In this document: piece after piece, positions 1-12,218 of the stretch
Numbering within the stretch: position 1 is the stretch's first letter
How the letters are laid out: each line of letters begins with the position of its first letter
Assembly (NCBI GenBank): GCA_951406725.2
Contig: OX597817.1
Location: 163,060,001 to 163,124,000, forward strand
Length of the DNA stretch: 64,000 bases
DNA from: Octopus vulgaris
Lineage: Eukaryota
Direction: 5' to 3'
Position numbers and translations under genes: made by a program
The notes under the pieces: generated by a model
Told to the model about the DNA's origin: nothing
Database searches by the model: none
Seen by the model: the letters and a program-made list of their open reading frames with translations, nothing else

Positions 1-894
1 AAACAAAATAGTTTTTAAATTCAAGGGATTTAATTGCATTTGTTATATGTGACATATATCGTCCAAATTTTCCCTCTGTTATGATAGATATTTCATCCTA
101 ATAACCAACAGCAATACGACAATTGCTCTCTTTTCATTAGAAATATATTTTATTGATTCAAATGTTTATTATGAATGTGTTTCTCACTTTAGAGATGTAC
201 ATTAACTATTAGTTTATCGAGTGTTTTTACTTAATCATATTTACATTTAAAAAGACTGAAGACTGTGACATAAGACTTAAATGCTGTCACTCATCATCAA
301 AAGTCAAGTGGAAAGGAATATTGTCATCTTTTATTATAACAGTTTCTTTCCTTGTGATATAACCAAATTAAGAACAATTATTTTAAACTCTTTTTGAGTA
401 TTAGAATCTCATTTTATAAACCTTGTTTTAAGATATGCCATTTAAAAAAATTTTTATTTTTATTCAGTTTAACAATTTTTGAAAAACATTTTTTGCATTA
501 TAACCAGTTTATTTAATTGGATTTACTCCCTATCCTTCCAACACTTAACATTTATTTAATTCAATGTTTTATATAATAATGCATAGGGAAAGTTTTTGCT
601 CATTACTTCATCAATTCCATACCATTTTACTCACTATAAACACTGCTTTATTAAAATTTTTTTCTCAACTGTCAGTCGCTACTAGTTTAGCTAAGTACTA
701 TGCAACTTTCAGAATCTGAGAAGAACTGGTATTTTTAATGCCAATTCTCTTCGATGTTTTTCTTTTTCTGAAAACAAGTTTAAAAAGGAATTATCCGTTA
801 TATTCTATTAAGAGAGATGCCAGAACAAGTTGTTAACATTTGTTGTTATTCTGTTTCTGCTGTTCTGGCTCAGCATGTCTTCATATTTCAGCCA

Positions 895-1100
895 GCTGGC
901 AGAATCATTTAGCATGCTGAACGAAATGCTTTGTAGCATTTCTCCCAGCTCTTCATGCTTTGAGTTCAAATGCCACTGAGGTTGACTTTGCCTTTCATAC
1001 TTTCAGGGTCAATAAAACAAGTACCAGTGGAATACCGGGGTTAATGTAATTGACTTACCCCCACCTCTCAAAATTGCTGACTTTGTACCAAAATTAGAAA
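895..1100 (+). mobile_element. tRNA-derived SINE family A, diverged and CpG-depleted copy
   Basis: Matches the recurring motif gagctggcagaatcgttagc...ctgagttcaaattccgccgaggtcgactttgcctttcatcctttcggggtcgataaa...agtaccagt seen in many copies in this window; B-box-like GAGTTCAAAT present. Confidence 0.8.
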
Positions 1101-1299
1101 GAATTTTTCAGAGATTAGTTTTGCCTGTGAGTTGAGGTTTCATTACATATTACTTATAGCTTCTGGAAATATTTTAGTATTAATAGAATTTTCACTAGCT
1201 CAAAAGTAGTTTTGCCTTTGCAATTAGAAGCACAATAGCTGTGAGATTAAGGTGTTGGACTGTTTACCACATGGTCACAAGTTCAAACTTTACTACTAT

Positions 1300-2200
1300 A
1301 ACCATTCTATTGTACTTCTGTATAATGCACAGGACTCTACTTTTCCAGTCTCTAGTATTTTGGACTAGTCTCAGACAAAAATGTCTTTGGGCTCTACTCT
1401 TTCACTGCAGTTTGTCTGAAAGAAATTTCATAGCTGTAAGAATAATGGCAATTTGTATAAACAACTATTTCAGCAAATAAATATACTACCCATGCTAGCT
1501 TGGTATAAATGAGTAAAACTATCCCCATCAATTATTTTTATTAATTCAGTTCTTGTAGAATTAGATAATTTATATTTATACTTTGCCGGTGAGTTTGAAT
1601 CTCTACATAATTCCACTCCAGTTATCGAGCTGTGTATGAATCCCGGTTCACCTAATCTTTGAATCATGCTTATGTATTTGGTCCCAGATCAATTAACTTG
1701 CCTGGCATGTACACCTCTGAAATATCTCATTTTTATCTCTAAAGAAGGAACCTGGTGTCAAGGATACTTCCTGAATTTTCATATTGATTTCTTTAAATGA
1801 AAGCATTTAGTATTCTCACTTTCTTATTAGAGAAACAGCCTCTGATACTTAGCTGATGGCTAGGTAGGAACCTAGAATCAAAATCATTGTCTCATGGCTG
1901 TTTTTCTTCAACTAATAGGAGTCTATGATCAAAACCATTTTTGCTTCTGGGAGGGTTTTCTTTGCTCATGTCATAACATGTACAGTAATTTAAAAGAGGT
2001 CAGCAACATATTTTCATTTACTTTACTTAGCTGTCTGTTTGTCTTGGCTGTACTGCTAAGCAATGTTACTAATTTTGTTTTCTTCTTTATTTTCATAAAA
2101 ATAACAATTTGAACAGAGGTGTTTAAGGACGCAAAATTAATCAGAGATTTAAGTTGAAATTGCAATTGGTGCAAATATTTTGAAATTATTTCCATAATTT
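1300..2200 (-). pseudogene. Decayed coding fragment resembling a Mononegavirales L protein capping (PRNTase) domain; candidate endogenous viral element
   Basis: Manual minus-strand translation across stops and frameshifts gives KWF*S*T (1940-1920), VSEAVSLIRK, SMIQRL (1670-1653), RDSNSPAKYKYKLSNSTRTEL, FTHLYQASM, QTNCSERVEP, in the order of PRNTase motifs GxxT...HR...(F/Y)Q...C. Similarity is judged from remembered L-protein sequences, not a search. Confidence 0.35.
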
Positions 2201-3719
2201 TACTTCTTCAATGAGAACAAACATGTGTGTATATGAGTGTATGCGTGTGCATGTGTATGTATGTGTTCATGTGCATGTGTGTGCATATGTGTTGGTATGT
2301 GTGTATAAATGAAAAATGAAGTGAAATTTTGAAATTTTAAATCCATTTCAAATGGTTTAGAATAAGAAAAAAGTTAGGATGATTGGCTGACTTCCCCAGA
2401 AATGTGACTGATTTCTAAAATGGACAAGCATGATATTTAAATCATATTTATGTGCCCTATATAACTGTCCACATAACTATATTAGTGGCAAGAATAAAAA
2501 AAAACAACAACCAACCAAACAAAATAAATAACCATTGTGGGAAATGTGATATTTCTAAACTATTATATATTTATACTCTGCAATGATGTATTCTATAGTA
2601 TTTGATAGGCACACTATGCAATTTTGTTACTTAGCAATTTTGCACATTTTGTAATGTCATTTTAGTCTAACAAGGCACATTTGCAATCCTCTTTCACTGA
2701 ATCTAATTTAAACTCCAGAAACTCTTTATCATTACTAATAATAAACTTGCTAATTATAGGAGGTGAGTTTAGTGGAAAATATTTTTCAACACAGTACAGC
2801 TGAAAAGAAAATATATTATGCATTATACAAATATACACCCTCTCCCCCACAAGCTCTGGTTATATCCATTTAAAAATAATTGTTTCAAACTATGTTCTAA
2901 ATTAATCATGTGCTAAACCATTCACATTCAATATTTATATGCTTTTTTTAAATTCATTTTTAACTGCATATTCAAATTTTTTTTTTTTTGCCTCACCACG
3001 TTTTTAATATCAGAAATGGCTGTCTAGGATCATTGAGTCCATAACTAAAATGCAAATGGTACAAAAGTTATTTTAAATAAATTTCTCTAATATATGAATG
3101 ATAATTAATTTTTTAAAAATGATACTTGATTGAGACAATAATTTAGTAGTTAATATATTAAGTAAAAACATATTCCAACTTAAAATATACAGAAAATTTA
3201 GGTAGAGTGGTGCAAATAATTTATAAGGTGTAAACTGATACTATACTCACTTTATTAACATTTTTTGCATTGCATTTTATTTTGTTTAAAATATGTTTTA
3301 ATTTTTAGACATTGCTGTTGTGACATATAATTTTAATTACAATTAGTTTATCTTTACAAAAGCCAAATTTCCAAGAAGTCCTCCAAATCTAAGCCTATTG
3401 CCTAAATCCATCCATTCTTTTTTGTTTTTCCAGCATTTGTTCTTGTAACCATTGTTTAGTGAGATCTACCCCCTAGTAGCTTTCTGTCTGTCTGAATTGT
3501 AAGTGATAAACTGTGACTTGAAATCCCTCAATACGAAATTTAAAATCTGCTAACATTTTTATTTTTTCATTTTTTTTTTTAAATGATAAATAACTTTCAA
3601 AGCTGAAGAAATTCTATGTGTTTGTTTTAATTACTTTTTATTTTGGCTGCTTATGGCCTGACTAGTGTAGGTAGTTTTTAACACTTTATCTTTCTGAAAG
3701 AAGCATTTATTATTTCATA

Positions 3720-3915
3720 AGGAAGGTGAGCCGGTGTCAGACAAAATGCTTACTGGTATTTCCTCCTTTACGTTCTAAGTTCAAATTCCACTAAGGTTGA
3801 CTTTACCATTCACCCTTTTGGGATTGATAAAATAAGTACTAGTTAAGCAATGGGGCAGGTGTAATTGACTTGTCCTCTCCCCTTAAAATTGTTGGCCTTG
3901 TACCAAGGTTAGAAT
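3720..3915 (+). mobile_element. SINE family A copy
   Basis: aaggtgagc...aaatgcttactggtattt...gttctaagttcaaattccactaaggttgacttt...aagtactagtt matches the family motif. Confidence 0.75.
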
Positions 3916-5047
3916 TATATAAAGAAATTATTTATTGTTTTATATGGAATATTTCTTTCTTGAGGTAAACACATTTTTTAGTGTTATTTCATTATTTATT
4001 TAGTATTTCAAATCTTAGGGAAATGTTCTCTTTTTTTTATTTCTAAAAAAAACCCTCCATTATTGTTGGAAATAATAATTGTGCTACTGAACTAAATGGC
4101 AATAATGCCAGGAATCAAAAAGTTCTTTATCAGAAATACCTTTTGCTAATGAATTTATGTAAAGTTAGAATTTTTAGGCAACATTACTTTTTATTGCCTT
4201 GTATAGAGCAGCTGCAGTAAATGTGCAGAGAAGTGCTTTCAGCATATAAGCCCCCCACACATATATACACTCAGGACAGATACATGTTATATGTCAAAGA
4301 CACAAAGCAAAAGTTTTCATAATTGACGGTAGAGTATGTCATTGTGGTTAGGTATATATTTCCAAAGCAATTTTTCTAATAAGGAGACTGATAATGTTTA
4401 AAAACAATCAAGACAGAATATTTTTTTTTAACAATTTTATACATGTGTATGCTAGATCTAACTATTGCTAACGAGGTAAATTAAAACTTGCCCAAATGCC
4501 ACTTTTGTAGTTACACAAGATGGGATGTTTGAACATAAAAAAAAATATAAGAAAAAAAAGAAAAAAAGAAAACTGAAGTTATTTCTGCAAGAGAAAGTGT
4601 AAAGAGAGTATTGCTGTTATCTGAAAATGCTATTGTTCGTGCCATATTAATTAATCTCAAAGATTATCAATGGAATATACCAGATAAAAATTACTATTAC
4701 AACAACTTAATCTTGTTTATCTGTAAATAATGTTTTGCTTGGAATCATAAAATTCCATTGGGTGGTTTTTAACAGAACAATGAATAATGCATTTTTTTTT
4801 AAAAGTGCATTTGATATTTAATGTATTTTCTTTATTTTTCCTCATTTTGTTTGAAATAACAGTAAAAAATTTGCATTAATTTGCAATGAAAGAAATTGGA
4901 ATTCAAGTCTTCTTATTCCTGTTACCTTTTTGTGTGTAGCAATTTAATCTTTTAATCTATTCTATTAGTTTTTTTAATCTACTCTATTAATCTTTTAATC
5001 TATTGTATTTTTCTTTTAACTTTATAATCAAATAGTACTAATTACTA

Positions 5048-5490
5048 AGGTTGTGAGCTGGCAGAATCGTTAGCACGCTGTGTGAAATGCTTACGTTCTG
5101 AGTTCAAATTTCGAGTCAATAAATTAAGTACCAGTTATGCACTGGTTCGATAAATTAAGTACCAGTTATGCACTGGGGTTCGATAAATTAAGTACCAGTT
5201 ATGCACTGGGGTCGATATAATCGATTTGATCCATTTGTCCTCTCTGTGTTTAGCCCCTTGTGGGTAGCAAAGAAATAGGTTGTGAGCTGGCAGAATTGTT
5301 TCTGTGCCAAGTGAAATGCTGCTGAGCATTTCTCCCATCTTTACGTTCTGAGTTCAAATCCTGCTGAAGTCAACTTTACTTTTCATTCTTTCAGGGTTGA
5401 TAAGATATAATACCAACTGAGTGCTGGTGTTGATGTAATTGATTTCCCCTCCTATCAAACTACTGGCCTTGTGCCAAAATTAGAATGAGT
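5048..5490 (+). mobile_element. Two adjacent SINE family A copies; the first has a 3x ~30-bp internal tandem repeat (5120-5215)
   Basis: Heads ttgtgagctggcagaa at about 5051 and 5280; repeated ataaattaagtaccagttatgcactgg. Confidence 0.8.
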
Positions 5491-5971
5491 TATCATTATT
5501 ATGAGGGAAGTCAAAAATTATCTGCACTTTTGCCATAACTTTTGCGCATGCGTGCTTATAGCTGGTGCTATTGTGATCTTGTGCTCGAAGTTTGAGCCTT
5601 ATTACACCATTTTTCTTTCTGGCTTTACAATGTAAGCATGGCCACTCCACTAGCAATGTGTATCAAAGAAGATCAAAGAGCAGTGATTTGACTTCTCTGG
5701 TCGGAAGGTGTGTCAGATGTTGAAGTTGACCGAAGGCTTTTAGCACAATAGAGGGACCGTGCACTACCGCGTAGAAGTGTGTATGAGTGGATCAAGAAGT
5801 TTAAAATAGCCGGACAAGCGTGATGCACAAAGAGGGAGGAGGACGCCCATCAACCTCCACCACTGATGAGAAGATTCGGCAAGCTTGAGAGATGGTGATG
5901 GTGAACTGGTTCACCATTACCATCTCTCGGATCACTGCTCTTTGTTCCTCTTTGGTGCACATTGCTATTAA

Positions 5972-6192
5972 CCCTTTTGTTACTGTATTTATTTTGAGAT
6001 GCTCTGTGTTTCTTTAAATTACTTTAAATATAACAAAGAATTTAGTAAAATAACTTCGTTATCATTAAGCTGGTGTTAGGAACATAAATTGTGACTAAGG
6101 TTTGGTGGAAGATTTTAATTCAAAACTTATGAAAACAAGACACTTGTACTACAGAGCCAGAGCCGGTTTCAGCCGGGTTGGTATCAAAAGGG
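5972..6192. mobile_element. piggyBac-type MITE, copy 1
   Basis: TTAA flanks (5968-5971, 6193-6196); termini CCCTTTTG...CAAAAGGG. Confidence 0.85.
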
Positions 6193-6223
6193 TTAAAAAT
6201 TGTTTCTCTATTATATATTTTAA

Positions 6224-6442
6224 CCCTTTTGTTACCATATTCTGTTGAGATGCTCTGTGTTTCTTTCAATTAATTTTAAATATAACAAAGTATTTAGTAA
6301 AATAACTCAGTTATCATTCAGCTAGTGTTAGGAACATAAATTGTGACTAAGGTTTGGTGAAAGATTTTAATTCAAAACTTATGAAAATAGACATTTGTCC
6401 TAAGAGCCAGAGCTGGTTTCAGCCGGGTTGGTATCAAAAGGG
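6224..6442. mobile_element. piggyBac-type MITE, copy 2
   Basis: TTAA flanks (6220-6223, 6443-6446); same termini and highly similar to copy 1. Confidence 0.85.
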
Positions 6443-6477
6443 TTAAAGTGGCCATGCTTACACTGTAAAGCCAGAAA

Positions 6478-7200
6478 GAAAAATGGCACAGTCAGGATCA
6501 AACTTCGATCACTTAACCACAATAGTACCAACTATATGCAGACATGCAAAGAAGGCAGTGTGACAATAATAAAGATATGTTATAGCAAAAGTGCAGATAA
6601 TTTTTGACTTCCCTCATAATAATGAAAAATGGCACACTCAGGATCAAACTTCGATCACATGACCACAATAGTACCAACTATATGCAGACATGCAAAGAAG
6701 GCAGTGTGACAATAATAAAGATATGTCATGGCAAAAGTGTGGATAATTTTTGACTTCCCTCATAATAATGAAAAATGGCACACTCAGGATCAAACTTCGA
6801 TCACTTGACCACAATAGTACCAACTATATGCAGACATGCAAAGAAGGCAGTGTGACAATAATAAAGATATGTCATGGCAAAAGTGTGGATAATTTTTGAC
6901 TTCCTCATAATAATGAAAAATGGCACACTCAGGATCAAACTTCGATCACTTGACCACAATAGTACCAACTATATGCAGACATGCAAAGAAGGCAGTGTGA
7001 CAATAATAAAGATATGTCATGGCAAAAGTGTGGATAATTTTTGACTTCCCTCATAATAATGAAAAATGGCACACTCAGGATCAAACTTCGATCACTTGAC
7101 CACAATAGTACCAACTATATGCAGACATGCAAAGAAGGCAGTGTGACAATAATAAAGATATGTCGTGGCAAAAGTGTGGATAATTTTTGACTTCCTCTTG
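6478..7200. repeat. Tandem array of 5 x ~146-bp units, each containing a mariner TIR
   Basis: Unit starts gaaaaatggcac at 6478, 6624, 6770, 6915 and 7061. Confidence 0.95.
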
Positions 7201-7209
7201 TATCATTAA

Positions 7210-7977
7210 GAAGGCAATGAGCTGGCAGAATTGTTACCATTCTGGGAAAATGCTTAGCAGCATTTCTTTCAGCTTATTGTTCTGAGTTCAAATTCTGCCG
7301 AGGTCGACTTTGCCTTTCATCCTTTCAGGGTCGATCACATTAGTACCAGTTATGTACTGTGGTCAGTATTATTAAGAAGGCAGTGATCTGATAGAATTGT
7401 TAGCGTGCTGGGCAAAATGCTTAATGGCATTTTATCTGTCATTACATTCTGAGTTCAAGTTCCGCTGAGGGCAGCTTTGCCGTTCATCCTTTCAGGGTCG
7501 ATCATGTTAGTACCAGTTATGTACTGTGGTCAGTATTATTAAGAAGGCAGTGATCTGATAGAATTGTTAGCGTGCTGGGCAAAATGCTTAATGGCATTTT
7601 ATCTGTCATTACATTCTGAGTTCAAGTTCCGCTGAGGGCAGCTTTGCTTTTCATCCTTTTGGGGTCGATTACATGAGTACCAGTTATGTACTGTGGTCAG
7701 TATGATCGACTGGTCCCCTCCCCTAAAATTTCAGACCTTGTGCCATTAGTAGAAAGGATTATTATTAAGGCAGTGAGCTGGCAGAATTGTTAGCATGCTG
7801 GGCAAAATGCTTCACATCCATCCTTACATTCTGAGTTCAGATGCTGCTGAGGTTGACTTTGCCTTTCATCCTTTTAGGGTCCATAAAATAAGTACCAGTT
7901 GAACACTGGGGTCAATATAATTGACTAGCCTTCCCCACAAATTTCAGGCCTTGTGTCTATAGTTGAAAGGATTATTA
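7210..7977 (+). mobile_element. SINE family A cluster with a 167-bp tandem duplication
   Basis: tcatccttt..gggtcgat recurs at about 7317, 7484 and 7651; a further copy starts at about 7768. Confidence 0.8.
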
Positions 7978-8064
7978 TTAACCCCTTAATGGATCAATTA
8001 TTTTGTCATGGTGTTTCATTTCAGAGCATATTTTTTTATTTCCTTTTTTTAATTATATACACTA

Positions 8065-9331
8065 CGAGGGGCGTTCAATAAGTAATGCCCCTGACCCACT
8101 TCCCATAGCAGTAGAGCAACGACACTTGGCACAGTTATTAGTCTTTTCCTACATAGGAACTACCCAGAGTTATGCATTTCTCCCATCGTTTGATACAGCT
8201 CTGGAGACCGTTTTTGTAGAAGACCCCAGCTTGGTCCTCCAACCACGACGTGACTTCAGAAATCAAGGCTGCATCATCTGGGAAACGCTTTCCTTTCAAA
8301 ATCAACTTCATGGCTGGGAAGAGGTGAAAATCAGAGGGTGCAAGGGGAAGAGTTCATAGCTGCACGCCTGTGCTTCTGATCTGGCGACACGCGAGTTGTG
8401 GAACGGAGCGTTGTCCTGCAGGAGGAGGATGCCTTTGCTGATCTTGTCCCGCCTCTTGATTTTGATAGCTTCTCTTAATTTCCTCAAAAGTGAAGCATAA
8501 TAGGCTCCTGCAATTGTGGTACCCTTTGCCAGGAAATCTGTCATCACTACTCCGTCCTGGTCCCAGAAGACTGTGAGCATAACCTTGTCAGCGGAGAGCT
8601 GCACCCTTGCCTTCTTTGGAAGAGGTGAGTCACGGTGCTTTCACTGCATTGACTGGGCTTTGGTCTATGGATCATAGTGATAGACCCAGGTTTTATCCTG
8701 TGTGATCAGTCTTTTGAAAAATTTTGACTCATCTTGGCACATCTCCAAATTCATTCTCGAGCACTCGACGCGTTCTTGCTTCTGGAAAGGTGTGAGCAAC
8801 CTGGAAATCCATCTGGCAGACACCTTTTGCATATGCAAATGGTCATGAATGATAGTTTCCAAAGACCCGGTACTAATCTTGACCTTATGGGCTATTTGGC
8901 GAATAGTTATGCGTTGACCTTCCAAAATGGCAGCCTCAACTTGACGGACAGACGTCTCATCAACGGCAGAAGGGGGCGACCAGATCTGGGAGCTGTTTCC
9001 ACAGAGTTCCGACTATGTTTGAATTCACAATGCCAGCGTTTTACAAGGTCATATGATTGGGCATCATCACCATAAGTTCCTTTCATTTCATCAAAAGTCT
9101 CCCGTGGTGTGCGTCCTTTCAAATACAAAAACCAGATCACTGCTCGACACTCAACAGGCTTCATTTCACACTTGACTCAGTTCAAACACCTGTAAATCAG
9201 AAACCACAATTAGTTCAGAGCTGTAATTCGCCACTTAATCTATAGAGGTATAAATAAGTGCACATGCAAAATTTCAGCTAGATCAAACAACTGCAAGTGG
9301 GTCAGGGGCATTACTTATTGAACGCCCCTCG
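8065..9331 (-). mobile_element. Near full-length mariner element (1267 bp)
   Basis: TA TSD (8063-64, 9332-33); perfect 37-bp TIR CGAGGGGCGTTCAATAAGTAATGCCCCTGACCCACTT. Confidence 0.95.
8138..9164 (-). pseudogene. Mariner transposase pseudogene (frameshifts, one stop, deletion in the YSPDL motif)
   Basis: MKPVECRAVIWFLYLKG...RSGRP; SARWISRLL; ITQDKTWVYHYDP; LLQDNAPFH; LAPSDFHLF...RWEKCITLGSSYVGKD*. Confidence 0.93.
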
Positions 9332-9536
9332 TATGTTAATTACAAAAAAAAAGTTTTTTATCTTGTTTCCTTTATTTTTTATTATAGAAATTAAAATGTA
9401 GTTTTACTCATTTCGATTTAAATGAGTTAACTTGGACATTGAAAAAATATATATAACTTAACTATCTTCGATTTAAAAAATTTTTTTTTATAGGATGTAT
9501 TGCTTTTAAATCAAAGGAAAAAAAAAATGAGATAGT

Positions 9537-9912
9537 TTATTTAGAATGATAATTTTTAAAACAAAGAGTTACACACAAAGTTATCTTGCAGAAATCACAC
9601 ATGTATTTGCTTTCTCTTCGAATCTTCTTTCCTTTAGTGTCTCTCTTCTCTGCACATTTTCCACAGTCTTGTAGGGTTCTTTTTCTTATCACTTGGTGGT
9701 ATTTCCATGGGAAAGTGACCAGCTGGGGCAAATCTTGTTGGATGTGGGATTGACGATGGTCTTCCTGGTTTCGTGGGAGGCAATAAGGGCGTATATTTTT
9801 CAATAATCTTGGTGATTATTTGCATTCTAAATTTCAGCAGTTCCATAGCAGAAGCTGAAGTTTCCAAAGATGCTTTATACAAAACATAAGTATTCAGATA
9901 GCCAAATCCATC
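9537..9912 (-). pseudogene. piggyBac transposase C-terminal fragment with cysteine-rich domain
   Basis: NTYVLYK...LKFRMQII...GRPS...HFP, then a frameshift into CGKC...RRESKYMCDFCKITLCVTLCFKNYH*, the typical piggyBac CRD. Confidence 0.88.
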
Positions 9913-10124
9913 AAATGAAAAAATACCTTTTTATAACATTTTTTTCCGACATAAATTTTTTCCACGAGTAAATTCGTGATTGCTCAAGAATAAAATGACA
10001 CAAAACAAATAAACTCATTTGAGTGCTAAAATTAAAAGTTAATTTTGACTGAGTATACTCGGCTGGTTCTAAAAAGATAGATTTGTGATGCATGAGTAAA
10101 CTCGGGATAATCCATTAAGGGGTT

Positions 10125-11500
10125 AAGGCTGTGAAGTGGAAGAATAGAGCATTGGAAACTGCTTTATGGTATTTGTTTCAACTATACTGTCATGAGTTCA
10201 AATCTTACTGATGCCAACCTTATCTTTCATCTATTCAGGGTTGATAAAACAAAGTACTAGTTAAGTTCCGGAGTTGAAGATGTTGTGTAGCCCCTTCCCC
10301 ACAAAAGTGCTGACCTAGTGCCCAAGTTACAGACAATTGTTGTTATTAATAAGATGGTGGGCTGGCAGAATAGTTAATGCTGAAGAAATCCTTTGCAGCT
10401 TTTGTCCCTGCCTTTTGCATTCTGAGTTCAAATTCTGTTGAGGTCGACTTTGCCTTTCATCCTTTCGGATTCAATGAAATAAGTACCAATTGAATACCGT
10501 GGGTGATTTAATCAATTTACTTCCTCCTCTGAAATTGCTGGCCTTGTGCCAAGATAAAGAAATTATTTGCAGCTTTTGTCCCTGCCTTTTGCATTCTGAG
10601 TTCAAATGCTGTTGAGGTCGACTTTGCCTTTCATCCTTTCGGATTCAATGAAATAAGTACCAATTGAATACCGTGGGTGATTTAATCAATTTACTTCCTC
10701 CTCTGAAATTGCTGGCCTTGTGCCAAGATAAAGAAATTATTTGCAGCTTTTGTCCCTGCCTTTTGCATTCTGAGTTCAAATTCTGTTGAGGTCGACTTTG
10801 CCTTTCATCCTTTCAGATTCAATGAAATAAGTACCAATTGAATACCGTGGGTGATTTAATCAATTTACTTCCTCCTCTGAAATTGCTGGCCTTGTGCCAA
10901 GATAAAGAAATTATTTGCAGCTTTTGTCCCTGCCTTTTGCATTCTGAGTTCAAATGCTGTTGAGGTCGACTTTGCCTTTCATCTTTTTAGATTCAATGAA
11001 ATAAGTACTAATTGAATACCGAAAGTGATTTAATAAATTTACTCCCTCCTCCGAAATGTTGGCTTTGTGCCAAAATTTGAAACCATTATTAATATTATTA
11101 AAGTAGCGAGCTGGTAGGTTTTTTAGCATGCTGGACAAATTGCTCAGTAGCATTTTGAGTTCAAATTCTGCTGAGGTCAACTTTGCCTTTCATACTTTTG
11201 GGATTGATAAAATAACTACCAGTTGAGCACTGGAGTTAATTTAATCGACTTACCTCCACCCCTGCAGTTGCTAGCCGTGTGCCTAAATTTGAAACCATTA
11301 TTATTTATTAATTCAGGAAGCTGGGGAAAAGGCTTAGCAGTATTTCTTCTGGTTTTATGTTCTGAATTCAAATTCCACTGAGGTCAACTTTGTTTTTCAT
11401 CCTTTCAGGGTTGATGAAATTAGTACCAGTTGAACACTGGGGTCGATGTTATCAACTAACTGCCTCCTTAAAATTTCAGGCATTGTACCTGTAGAATAAA
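10125..11500 (+). mobile_element. SINE family A cluster including a 4 x 174-bp tandem array (10392-11085)
   Basis: tttgcagcttttgtccctgcc at 10392, 10566, 10740 and 10914; separate copies flank the array. Confidence 0.85.
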
Positions 11501-11503
11501 GGA

Positions 11504-11895
11504 TTATTATTATTATTATTATTATTATTATTTTCCTTTTTTCTTCAAATTTTCTTCTGTTTCTCACCGAGTGTTTTCTGTACACCTAGGGCAGAGAAAC
11601 TCATTGCAAGCATTCCCAGATTACACACACAAATTCACAGGTAAAATATGTATTTAAAAAATTTATAAATAAATAAATTCATGAATGGGTGTTGTTTTCA
11701 CAGCTGTAATGCTCTTCTCAGTACATGAGTCATTCCCATTAACACGATTTTTTGCACTTCCTGTAGGAATGGTAAGCCTGGTATCATTTTCAAATAGGTT
11801 TCAGTACCTTTTTTTATCATTCCCAGAGATCCTACAATCACTGGTACTGTAGTCACCTTGAGATGCCACATTTTTCCAATTTCTATTAATATGTC
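11504..11895 (-). mobile_element. 3' fragment of an R4/Dong-like (restriction-like endonuclease) non-LTR retrotransposon
   Basis: DILIEIGKMWHLKVTTVPVIVGSLGMIKKG...EVQKIVLMGMTHVLRRALQL* followed by a 3' UTR ending in (TAA)n, typical of RLE-LINE C-termini. Confidence 0.75.
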
Positions 11896-12218
11896 AGTGG
11901 CACGTAAAAAGCACCATCCGAATTGTGGCTGAAGCCAGTGCCGCCTCGACTGGCTTCCGTGCAGGTGGCACGTAAAATGCACCAATCCAACCGTGGCCGA
12001 TGCCAGCCTCGCCTGGCACCAGTGCAGGTGGCACGTAAAAAGCACCCACTACACTCACGGAGTGGTTGGCGTTAGGAAGGGCATCCAGCTGTAGAAACAT
12101 TGCCAGATAAGACCGGAGCCTGGTGCAGCCTTCTGGCTTCCCAGATCCCCGGTCGAACCGTCCAACCCATGCTAGCATGGAGAACGGACGTTAAACGATG
12201 ATGATGATGATGATGATG
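11895..12218 (+). mobile_element. RTE-related SINE/LINE 3' fragment with three internal GTGGCACGTAAAAxGCACC repeats and a (GAT)n tail
   Basis: Motif at about 11897, 11965 and 12028; GGCGTTAGGAAGGGCATCCAGCTGTAGAAA; tail gatgatgat. Confidence 0.65.

Larger units (their letters stand above)
5502..7200. mobile_element. Foldback mariner derivative (two left ends in inverted orientation) with nested MITEs and a terminal satellite
   Basis: TA-TGAGGGAAGTCAAAAATTATC at 5500 and the inverse ending CTTCCTCTTG-TA at 7191-7202. Plus strand 5638-5908 encodes a broken mariner N-terminus (MATPLAMCIKEDQRAVI*LLWSEG...VYEWIKKFK...GRPST). Segments 5910-5967 and 6447-6620 are the reverse complement of the left arm. 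Confidence 0.8.
7982..10122 (-). mobile_element. Internally deleted piggyBac transposon hosting a mariner
   Basis: TTAA at 7978-7981 and 10123-10126; 13-bp TIR CCCCTTAATGGAT/ATCCATTAAGGGG; transposase C-terminal remnant inside. Confidence 0.9.

Noticed and set aside
6478-7200. CRISPR-like regular repeat
   Set aside because: Units are contiguous with no unique spacers and derive from a mariner end; eukaryotic context with no cas genes.
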